In this document: piece by piece, positions 19,409 through 28,143 of the stretch | Position numbering within the stretch: the first letter of the stretch is position 1 | Layout: each line of letters begins with the position of its first letter | Origin: Pirellulales bacterium | Lineage (GTDB): Bacteria > Planctomycetota > Planctomycetia > Pirellulales > UBA1268 | Reading direction: 5' to 3' | DNA length: 64,000 nt | NCBI GenBank assembly: GCA_017853835.1 | Contig: JAFMIU010000011.1 | Coordinates: forward strand, 542 to 64,541 | The notes under the pieces: generated by a model | Databases searched by the model: none | What the model was told of the DNA's origin: nothing | Seen by the model: only the letters and a program-made list of their open reading frames with translations | Made by a program: the position numbers and the translations under genes

Positions 19409-21499
19409 ATGTCCAGTGTCGGTCTTGCACTCTCCGGCGGCGGATTTCGCGCCACGCTGTATCACCTCGGGGTGATCCGTTATCTCCGCGACAACGGCAC
19501 GCTGCCGCTGGTCACCGACATCGTGGCCGTGTCGGGTGGAAGCATCGTGGCCGCCCACATGGTGCTCAACTGGGACCGCTACAACGGAAGTGACGCCGCG
19601 TTTGCAGAAGCGGCCGCCGAGGTGATTCGATTCGTCCAGCATGACGTTCGAAACAGAATCGTGCGACGGCTTCCCTTGATGTTTCCCATTCGACTGCTTG
19701 GGAAGGCGATCGGCTGGGACGCGCCCGCCTTCACGCCCAACGCGATCCTCGAAAAGTATTATCGGAGGTTTCTCTACGGGGATCGCCGGCTGTTTGAGCT
19801 TCCGGAGAAACCGGCGCTCCATATCATGTCGACGAACGTGAGCGATGGCGTGATGGCGGTGTTCAACCGTGACGGGCTCCACATCCAGCAGCGTGAGAAA
19901 GGTAGTGGGGATCCGTTTCTCCACATCGCCGGTCAGACGGCCACGATCGCGAAGGTGGTGAGCGCCTCGTCGGCATTTCCCGGGTTTTTCCCACCGGTGC
20001 AGATCACGGCAGCCGACCTTGGCGTGCACGACGGCCATTTTCCTCCGGAATCGTTCACCGACGGGGGGGTGTACGACAATCTCGGCATCCGGGCCTTCGA
20101 TTGGCTTTCGGAACATCGAGGCCGCGTCTTTGATCGCGTGCTCGTCAGCGACGCCGGCAAGCCGTTTCAGATCCTCGGCAACTCACCGCTTGGCTTTGTG
20201 GCGCAGTCAATCCGGGCCTCCGACATTCTCTGGGACCGCGTGTGGCAGCTTGAGCGGGAGAACTTTGGCGACCAGAACGGCTTTCTTTTTGTGCCGGCGA
20301 CACACGTGGTGGACGTCGAGGAAGACCCTCACGCCCTGCACCCCGTGATCCAGGCGGAGATCTCGAGCATCCGCACGGATCTTGATCGCTTCAGTGACCT
20401 GGAGGTGAACGCCCTCGTCGCCCATGGGTATGAGGTGGCCCGAAGCCAGCATCGTCACATCGGCGATGCTGCTCTGCTACCCGTTCATGAGGGGCCGCCC
20501 TGGGAGCCGATTCCAACCAGGCACTCGGTGGTGCGAGCCTCGTCATCACCTGCTTCTGTGCCGACAGGCACGGCTCGCGTCAGAGGCACGAGCCCACCGG
20601 CTCGTTGTGCCGAGCAGTTGCGTCAGTCGAGTCGACGCAAGATATGGAGCACACTCCTCAACTGGCGTGACTGGCCCAGTTATCTCTACGTTGCGTTGGC
20701 GCTGCTGTTCTTCGTCTATCTGCCAACTCGATACTACAAACTGCATCTTCGCGCCGAGATGCTGACAAGCATGATCGACTCGATCGCCAAGGGCGACCCG
20801 GACATCCGGCTGGTGCTCGATCTCATGGAGAGCGATCCACTGAGGGGGTGGCAGAAGCTCGAGGCCACTGATGCGTCCGAGGCCACGCCTGACGACCTCG
20901 CGGGCGTGAACATCCTCTCCTACAGCAGGATCAGCGATCTGCGGTCGACGTGGAGCGACGGGCTCCGTCCTGAAAACGGCGGCTGGATTCGCATTCGGGA
21001 TCGGGTGACGCTCCGGCTCGTGGATGAGTCTCGTCGCCGCACCGGCATCGTCTTTCGTTCGGTGGTGCCTTGCCTGAATGTCGTGCATCACCGGCCGCCC
21101 GGTCCCCATCCATTCCACGTGAAGCGAGTGTTGACATCGGGAAGTGCTGGCTCGGGTGTGGATCACTACGAAGTCCACGTCGACTTGTCCGAGGCCCCGA
21201 TGAACGAGCCGTTTTCGCTGGAGCTCGCGGCTGATGTGTCGTACAAGGACCTGCCCGTCGGCAGGCTCCCGCTCACCATGACGTTTTCCCCTGATCTCCT
21301 GACGGTGTGGATACTGTTTCCCGACAACCATCCGTATGCGCGATACGAACTGGTGGAGTATCCGTTGGGCCATCCCGAGGAGGCCGGCCGACTGACTTCC
21401 AGATATCAGATCGATCACCCCTACGGACGGTTGATCGGCTGGTCGGCGATCACCCCGCGACAGGATCGGGTGTATGAGTGTCGATGGACTGGGGAGTGA
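19409..21499 (+). CDS. patatin-like phospholipase fused to a TM helix and an uncharacterised C-terminal domain
   Basis: Oxyanion box LSGGGFRA. Nucleophile elbow VSGGSIV (GxSxV rather than GxSxG). Catalytic Asp box DGGVYDNLG at about residue 218. Hydrophobic helix WPSYLYVALALLFFVYLP at about residues 422-442. The last roughly 250 aa match nothing I recognise. Confidence 0.8.
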   Translation: MSSVGLALSGGGFRATLYHLGVIRYLRDNGTLPLVTDIVAVSGGSIVAAHMVLNWDRYNGSDAAFAEAAAEVIRFVQHDVRNRIVRRLPLMFPIRLLGKAIGWDAPAFTPNAILEKYYRRFLYGDRRLFELPEKPALHIMSTNVSDGVMAVFNRDGLHIQQREKGSGDPFLHIAGQTATIAKVVSASSAFPGFFPPVQITAADLGVHDGHFPPESFTDGGVYDNLGIRAFDWLSEHRGRVFDRVLVSDAGKPFQILGNSPLGFVAQSIRASDILWDRVWQLERENFGDQNGFLFVPATHVVDVEEDPHALHPVIQAEISSIRTDLDRFSDLEVNALVAHGYEVARSQHRHIGDAALLPVHEGPPWEPIPTRHSVVRASSSPASVPTGTARVRGTSPPARCAEQLRQSSRRKIWSTLLNWRDWPSYLYVALALLFFVYLPTRYYKLHLRAEMLTSMIDSIAKGDPDIRLVLDLMESDPLRGWQKLEATDASEATPDDLAGVNILSYSRISDLRSTWSDGLRPENGGWIRIRDRVTLRLVDESRRRTGIVFRSVVPCLNVVHHRPPGPHPFHVKRVLTSGSAGSGVDHYEVHVDLSEAPMNEPFSLELAADVSYKDLPVGRLPLTMTFSPDLLTVWILFPDNHPYARYELVEYPLGHPEEAGRLTSRYQIDHPYGRLIGWSAITPRQDRVYECRWTGE

Positions 21500-21619
21500 T
21501 GCACGGCGCATGTGGCAATCTGGGGCATTGCGGCGGCCTGGGCATTTCCGAACAGTCCTTGCCCGTTTGCGTAGAGTTCTTCATCCACGGAAGGATTCCA
21601 CACCACGGAGGGTTTGATC

Positions 21620-21781
21620 ATGGATGCTCATTTCAGCGAATACCTGGCGGCAGTCGCAGGCATGCAGGAGATCTACGGGCAGGCGGCCGAGGACCATCCG
21701 ACCGAGTTTCACACCGACGCGATGATTCCGGAGGCCCAGGTGTCCGAGGAACCGCTCCCGATGGCGGGCGCCGGCATCTGA
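21620..21781 (+). CDS. possible small acidic protein (53 aa; below the ORF-track length cutoff)
   Basis: ATG 21620 is preceded by GGAGGG about 9 nt upstream. Translation: MDAHFSEYLAAVAGMQEIYGQAAEDHPTEFHTDAMIPEAQVSEEPLPMAGAGI. Third positions are strongly GC-rich in this frame. No family recognised. Confidence 0.3.
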   Translation: MDAHFSEYLAAVAGMQEIYGQAAEDHPTEFHTDAMIPEAQVSEEPLPMAGAGI

Positions 21782-21866
21782 CGGTGTGATGCGATATCCT
21801 GCGACAGCCATCAGGCTCCCGATGCACGGGGGTCGTGTGGTTTTTCCTCTTCCTGCAGGATGTGCC

Positions 21867-22076
21867 ATGAGCGAACATACCTACAAAATGATCGAACTGG
21901 TCGGGTCCTCCCACTCGAGCATCGAGGGGGCGGTTCAAAACGCCATCGCGAAGGCCGAACTGAACGAGAGCAAGATGCGGTGGTTCGAGGTATTGGAAAC
22001 CCGCGGCCACATCGAGCATGGTGCGATCGCCCACTGGCAGGTGCGGGTGAAGATCGGCGTCACCCTCGACGACTGA
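21867..22076 (+). CDS. dodecin family protein (copy 1)
   Basis: Trimmed to ATG 21867. The 69-aa MSEHTYKMIELVGSSHSSIEGAVQNAIAKA...MRWFEVLETRGHIEHGAIAHWQVRVKIGVTLDD fits the bacterial dodecin pattern (Y..iE..GsS..S.e.Ai.nAi..A...l....WFEV.e.RG.i..g....yQV.lkvGf.l). Confidence 0.8.
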   Translation: MSEHTYKMIELVGSSHSSIEGAVQNAIAKAELNESKMRWFEVLETRGHIEHGAIAHWQVRVKIGVTLDD

Positions 22077-22100
22077 CGAAGCGTTCCAGCAGCTTTTCCA

Positions 22101-22108
22101 GGGGGGGG
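22101..22108. repeat. G8 homopolymer tract in the dodecin-DUF3050 intergenic region
   Basis: Directly visible: ccaGGGGGGGGcgg. Confidence 0.9.
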
Positions 22109-22212
22109 CGGCCGCCGGCCGCGAGGGGGCTTTCGCGAGCCCGACGGGCGCCCGGCGTTCCCCTCCGCGCCGGCAGACTCCTGTCTAGGATAGTGATCCT
22201 TCCAGGAGCTTG

Positions 22213-23022
22213 ATGCGCGTGATCTCTGAAACCTCCATGCCGGCATCCGTTTCCGCAGTTCCTCATTGTGGGATCGATCTGGGGTCGGCGCGTGATCGCC
22301 TTCTCCAGCATGAGATCTACGGACTCGTGACGACGGGTCCTCGTCTCCGCCGATTCATGGAGAGTCACGTCTTTGCCGTGTGGGACTTTCAGAGTCTCCT
22401 CAAGGCCATGCAGCAGCGACTGACGTGCACGACGGTGCCATGGATCCCTACGGCCGACTGCGAGGCTCGACGCCTCGTCAATGAGATCGTCTTGGAGGAG
22501 GAGTCCGACGAACTGCCCGATGGCGGCTTTGCGTCCCATTTCGAACTCTACCTCGACAGCATGTCCCGGGCGGGAGCCGACACGTCGGCCATGGAGTACC
22601 TGCTCCACCAACTTGCCGATGGTGCGGCAATCGACGACGTTCTCGAGGCTGGGTGTGTTCCTCGCGAGGCGGCAGCGTTTGTTCGCGAATCGTTCGCCAT
22701 GATCAGCGAGTGCCCGATCCATGGCCTTGTTGCCGCCTTTACCTACGGCCGTGAAGACGTGATCCCCGAGATGTTTCGCAGCCTCGTCGCCACGCTCGCC
22801 TCACGAGAGCCTTCGTGGTCGAGGTTGCACTGGTATCTCGAGCGTCACATCGAAGCTGATGACGAGAAGCACGGGCCGATGTGTCGGCGCATCCTGCGAC
22901 GCTTGTGTGGGGATGATCCCGTGAAGTGGTCCGAGGCGTCATTCGCCGCGAGACGTGCGATCGACGCGAGGGTTGCCCTCTGGGATGCGTTGGCTGCCGA
23001 ACTGGCGAGGATTCCGTCGTGA
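22213..23022 (+). CDS. DUF3050 family protein (heme-oxygenase-like fold; MgoB/PvfB-like)
   Basis: FMESHVFAVWDFQSLLKAMQQRLTCTTVPWIP...NEIVLEEESDE...SHFELYLDSM...AAFTYGREDVIPEMF...YLERHIEADDEKHGPM matches my memory of the DUF3050 consensus. Start ATG 22213 (TTG 22210 or ATG 22237 are also possible). Confidence 0.7.
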   Translation: MRVISETSMPASVSAVPHCGIDLGSARDRLLQHEIYGLVTTGPRLRRFMESHVFAVWDFQSLLKAMQQRLTCTTVPWIPTADCEARRLVNEIVLEEESDELPDGGFASHFELYLDSMSRAGADTSAMEYLLHQLADGAAIDDVLEAGCVPREAAAFVRESFAMISECPIHGLVAAFTYGREDVIPEMFRSLVATLASREPSWSRLHWYLERHIEADDEKHGPMCRRILRRLCGDDPVKWSEASFAARRAIDARVALWDALAAELARIPS

Positions 23023-23249
23023 ATCCATGGCATCGGTGAACGCCGTTTGAAAAGTGCAGCGCGGGGCGGTCGAAACGTGCAGCGATGGGGTTGGGGAGGG
23101 CCCGAGGAGGATGGTTCCGCTCCGCTGTTTTCACGGGAGACATCACGTTTTCCACAAAAGGTGGCGTGTTGGATTGGTGGCAGAAACTGGCGGGGCGTGG
23201 CAAATGGCCGGGTCCGACTGCCCTTCGAAGACGCTACCCCGGACCCTGC

Positions 23250-23438
23250 CTACTTCTTCGGAATGTAGGCGTTGACCCCGACGATCACCTTTTTGCCATC
23301 GACCACGCAGTCGGTTTCCTTGTTTCCATAGGTGGAGGCGACCACAAGCGTTTTGCCGCTCGAAGACTTCTCAGGCTTGGCATTCAGGGGAATCCTGAGA
23401 ACGAGTTCATCGCCGACGATCTTTGCGGAAAAAGCCAT
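23250..23438 (-). CDS. conserved-looking small hypothetical protein (62 aa)
   Basis: MAFSAKIVGDELVLRIPLNAKPEKSSSGKTLVVASTYGNKETD...VGVNAYIPKK. It resembles a widespread small family (..L.i.l......S.SGKt.vvAST.Gn....). AAGGA upstream. Lower GC than the surrounding sequence. Confidence 0.45.
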   Translation of the reverse strand: MAFSAKIVGDELVLRIPLNAKPEKSSSGKTLVVASTYGNKETDCVVDGKKVIVGVNAYIPKK

Positions 23439-23531
23439 GAGTCCGGTCCTTGGACGGGTTTGGGGAGATCGAATCGACCAGTCTACGACACTCGACTAAA
23501 ATCCAGGTCGGCGTGAGGACTGAAAGACTGC

Positions 23532-23771
23532 ATGACACCAACCGTCTTTCGGGAAGGACCATACCGATTCTTTTTCTTCTCCCGTGAAGAAACGAGGATG
23601 CACGTTCATGTGGCTCATCCAGACGGCGAGGCCAAGTTTTGGCTGGACCCTGAAGTAGAACTGGCCACCCAGACCGGCCTGGCGAAGCACGTTATCGGTG
23701 AGGCCCAGCAACTGGTCGAAGACCATCGACAGGAGATCATCGATGCCTGGAACAAGCACTTTTCCGGTTGA
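23532..23771 (+). CDS. DUF4160 domain protein
   Basis: 79 aa. GPYRFFFFSREETRMHVHVAHPDGEAKFWLDP fits the DUF4160 N-terminal pattern (F.f.s.E...PHvHv....eakf.l). Paired with a DUF2442 gene, as is common. Confidence 0.7.
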   Translation: MTPTVFREGPYRFFFFSREETRMHVHVAHPDGEAKFWLDPEVELATQTGLAKHVIGEAQQLVEDHRQEIIDAWNKHFSG

Positions 23772-24000
23772 GGTCACGAACGTGTCCCGGCACGGCCTGT
23801 GGCTGTTGGTTGGTGACGAGGAGTTGTTTTTGCCATTCGAGCACTTCCCATGGTTTCGTGACGCCAGTATCGAGAAGATTTCGGTCGTTGAGCGTCATAC
23901 CGCCGACCACCTGTACTGGCCGCTGCTGGACATCGACTTATCTGTTGAATCGATTCGCACCCCCAACACCTTTCCCCTCGTTGCGAGAAGTCAGCAATGA
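23743..24000 (+). CDS. DUF2442 domain protein
   Basis: ...HGLWLLVGDEELFLPFEHFPWFRDASIEKISVVE....HLYWPLLDIDLSVESI fits DUF2442. Start uncertain: ATG 23743 overlaps the DUF4160 gene, and a downstream GTG is possible. The stop overlaps the dodecin-2 start (ATGA). Confidence 0.65.
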   Translation: MPGTSTFPVEVTNVSRHGLWLLVGDEELFLPFEHFPWFRDASIEKISVVERHTADHLYWPLLDIDLSVESIRTPNTFPLVARSQQ

Positions 24001-24206
24001 GCGAACATACTTACAGGATGATCGAGTTTGTCGGCTCGTCTCACACGGGCATCGAGGCGGCGGTTCAGAATGCTATCGCAAAGGCTGAGATCAACGAGAG
24101 CAGGATGCGATGGTTCGAGGTGATGGAAACCAGAGGCCATATCGAGAATGGCCAGATCGCCCACTGGCAGGTGCGAGTGAAGATCGGCGTGACGATGGAC
24201 GACTGA
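23997..24206 (+). CDS. dodecin family protein (copy 2)
   Basis: 69 aa. By my manual alignment 58/69 residues are identical to copy 1 and 174/210 nt are identical. Third codon positions are noticeably more A/T-rich than in copy 1. Confidence 0.8.
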   Translation: MSEHTYRMIEFVGSSHTGIEAAVQNAIAKAEINESRMRWFEVMETRGHIENGQIAHWQVRVKIGVTMDD

Positions 24207-24370
24207 TGGAAAAGTGAGGGGCAAGGAGGCAAGCACGTTATCTGCATGTCGGCCAAAGAACGAGGCAGGTCGAGAAACGACCCAACCTCACAACCTCCCA
24301 AAATGCCGAGAGGCAGAAGGTTTTGCCACCTCCTGCCTCTGACTGCCACTCTGTGCCAGAAGTGGCATAG

Positions 24371-24442
24371 CTCCCCGAGTAGGATTCGAACCTACAACCT
24401 AGCGGTTAACAGCCGCTCGCTCTACCGTTGAGCTATCGGGGA
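24371..24442 (-). tRNA. tRNA-Asn (anticodon GTT)
   Basis: The 72-nt reverse complement folds as a cloverleaf: acceptor TCCCCGA/TCGGGGA, D-arm GCTC-AACGGTA-GAGC, anticodon arm AGCGG-CTGTTAA-CCGCT, T-arm GTAGG-TTCGAAT-CCTAC, discriminator G. CCA is not encoded. Confidence 0.92.
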
Positions 24443-24605
24443 ATGGATGGTTTCGGGCGTGCCGATGGCCGTGTCCGAGAACCGACATTCGTACCCTAAC
24501 CGATGATCGGCCGCTCTGCGAGATGGGGCCTTTCCATCGCGAAAATGCGGAAATTCAGAGGGGTCTCGGCCGGGCCGACGGCCTGCGCCGCGGCAGTGAC
24601 ACGCG

Positions 24606-25040
24606 TCAGGTTCGCCGCTTCTCGAGCACCACGCTATTTCCCTTGGCGTTGTATTCGATCCTGGTCATGAACGATTTCATCAGCATCACGCCGCGGCCTC
24701 CGGGGGCCTCCAGCCGCTCCTCGGCGGTGCAGTCAGGCACCCGAGCCGGGTCGAATCCAGGCCCCTCGTCGGTGATTGACACCAGCACGCGGTCGGCGGA
24801 AACCTCACATTCGACATGAACCCGTTTGGCCGGGTCGAGCTTGTTGCCGTGGACGATGGCGTTGACGATCGCCTCTTCGACGGCCAGGTGGACCGCGAAG
24901 ACATCGGACGGCGGCCAGCCGAACACCTTAAGCTGCGTCAGGAGATCATCGGTGACTTCACGGTTGGAGCCTCGCTCGCTCGGGAGGTCGATAACCCGCC
25001 GCCAAACATCGGCATCCGACTGTTCCGTCATGGTGTTCAC
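24606..25040 (-). CDS. anti-sigma regulatory factor, Ser/Thr kinase (RsbW/SpoIIAB-like HATPase)
   Basis: 144 aa. N-box EEAIVNAIVHGN, G1 DEGPGFD, G2 GGRGVMLM. Sits immediately downstream of a STAS gene. Confidence 0.8.
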   Translation of the reverse strand: MNTMTEQSDADVWRRVIDLPSERGSNREVTDDLLTQLKVFGWPPSDVFAVHLAVEEAIVNAIVHGNKLDPAKRVHVECEVSADRVLVSITDEGPGFDPARVPDCTAEERLEAPGGRGVMLMKSFMTRIEYNAKGNSVVLEKRRT

Positions 25041-25079
25041 CTCATCCGGGGGCCATGTCGAGCCACGCGAGCCGACCGT

Positions 25080-25433
25080 TTAGAAGGCGGCGATCGCTTC
25101 GTCCTGTTCGTCCCGGATATCGAACACCTTGTTGAGCTTTGTGACCTGAAAGACTTCAAGGATTTCGGGTTTGATCCGACACATCTTCAGCCGGCCTTGG
25201 GCCTGCTTCACTTTGCGGTCGAGCGTGATCAGCTTCCCGAGGGCGGCGCTCGAGAGAAAATCGACATTGTCGAAGTTCAAGACGATGCTGCGGCGATTGT
25301 CACGTTCGATGAGCGAGAAAAGCTCGGCGCCGAGTTCCTGAATACCGGCTTCGTCGAGGATCTTTTTGTCGGTGAACGTGACCACCGTCACATCACCCAC
25401 CTTGGTCGCGTCGATTCGATTGTGGGTTGGCAT
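25080..25433 (-). CDS. STAS domain anti-sigma-factor antagonist (RsbV/SpoIIAA-like)
   Basis: Trimmed to ATG 25433. 117 aa. ...VLNFDNVDFLSSAALGKLI... contains the conserved phosphorylatable-Ser context (DFLSSAALG). Confidence 0.8.
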   Translation of the reverse strand: MPTHNRIDATKVGDVTVVTFTDKKILDEAGIQELGAELFSLIERDNRRSIVLNFDNVDFLSSAALGKLITLDRKVKQAQGRLKMCRIKPEILEVFQVTKLNKVFDIRDEQDEAIAAF

Positions 25434-25863
25434 GGCGATCCTGAACGATCTGGGCTGGCCGCGAGAGATTCGCCGCCACGACCCCCGCAGCCTAACGGCT
25501 CGATATCGCCTTTGCCATGCAAAGCTCGTCTGTGCCCCCGAGCGGCACCTCGCTCCCTCCACGGTGTTCGGTCCGGGGTTGGAGGGCCCGACGCTGCCAA
25601 TCTGGCAGCAGGGGCCGAGGGCCTTCGAGCCGTGTCTCGTCCGTGGATCACCCGAAGAATCGGCCTGAAACCGCCAAATCCGTCGCCGTGGGGATTGGCC
25701 AACGGTTCCGGCGCGCCAGTTGCTTACGGAAGTGTGGCCGGTTCACGCCTGGCGGTTTGGGCAGTCTTAGGCCCCGATCACCGGGAGGAGTGGCCCGGCG
25801 GTCGTTGCGCCGGGTGGGACCGGCGTTCCCGAGACTCCGATCCGAGAAAGGTCATTCGAAACC

Positions 25864-26187
25864 ATGTCCGCCTCCGCCTCGAAGCCCGCCAAGAAGAGCG
25901 CCACTCTTATTCCCCTCGGTGATCGCGTCGTTGTTGAACGCGAACAGAGCGAACAGAAGACCTCCGGCGGCATCCTGCTGCCCGACTCCGCCAAGGACAA
26001 GCCCGCCCGCGGCGTCATTGTGAGCGTGGGCGAAGGGCGGCTCGATTCGAAGGGGGTTCGCAACGCGCTCCAGGTAAAGCCTGGTGATCGCGTCGTCTTC
26101 ACCAGCTACGCCGGTGAGCCATTCAAGGTGGGTGACGAGGAACTGCTCCTGATGCGCGAAGACGACATCCTCGCGATCCTCGGCTGA
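25864..26187 (+). CDS. groES: co-chaperonin GroES
   Basis: IPLGDRVVVEREQSEQKTSGGILLPDSAKDKPARGVIVSVGEG...GDRVVF is canonical. It has a short N-terminal extension. Confidence 0.95.
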   Translation: MSASASKPAKKSATLIPLGDRVVVEREQSEQKTSGGILLPDSAKDKPARGVIVSVGEGRLDSKGVRNALQVKPGDRVVFTSYAGEPFKVGDEELLLMREDDILAILG

Positions 26188-26191
26188 TTGA

Positions 26192-27898
<1,707 letters not shown>

Positions 27899-27947
27899 TG
27901 CCTGATCGCGTCGGCCGGATGAACGGTCGACGTGATGATCGGCGTGA

Positions 27948-28142
27948 TCACGAATCGGGGCGTCCGGAAGGACGCCCCGATTTTTTTGCGCTGAGGGAAA
28001 GATCGCCGAGCGGCACGAAGCCGTCGCTCCCGGCAGGGTTCGAGGCCTTCCCGCACGAGGGAGCGATCATCTGCCGCCAGAGTGTTCGGGTGAGCCACAG
28101 GGCGGCCGCCACGGCGATGGTGATCGCGATCGCGTCTTGCAT
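27948..28142 (-). CDS. small membrane protein coupled to feoB (possibly FeoB-associated)
   Basis: 64 aa with an N-terminal TM helix (AIAITIAVAAALWLTRTLW) and one Cys (SCGK). The ATG is 1 nt after the feoB stop (TGAGATG). Its 3' end runs through the groEL terminator hairpin, so the true C-terminus is uncertain. Confidence 0.4.
   Translation of the reverse strand: MQDAIAITIAVAAALWLTRTLWRQMIAPSCGKASNPAGSDGFVPLGDLSLSAKKSGRPSGRPDS
27954..27987 (+). terminator. rho-independent terminator downstream of groEL
   Basis: Perfect 12-bp stem ATCGGGGCGTCC / GGACGCCCCGAT, GGAA loop, then T7. It lies 56 nt after the groEL stop. Confidence 0.85.
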
Positions 28143-28143
28143 C

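Noticed and set aside
24309-24340. 8-bp stem hairpin AGAGGCAG-N16-CTGCCTCT downstream of dodecin 2 as a terminator
   Set aside because: There is no T-tract and the loop is large (16 nt). This is insufficient for an intrinsic-terminator call.
21500-24442. Classical tRNA-targeted genomic island (integrase plus att direct repeats) next to tRNA-Asn
   Set aside because: There is no integrase or recombinase ORF. I could find no repeat of the tRNA 3' segment (CTCCCCGAGTAGGATTCGAACC) elsewhere in 21.5-24.4 kb. Only the compositional shift remains, and that is reported as a finding with this caveat.
25434-25863. Searched the 430-bp region upstream of groES for a CIRCE element (TTAGCACTC-N9-GAGTGCTAA) or an obvious structured RNA
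   Set aside because: I found no CIRCE-like inverted repeat by eye, only short hairpins such as CTGCCA-ATC-TGGCAG. I cannot support any regulatory or ncRNA call without covariance-model searches.
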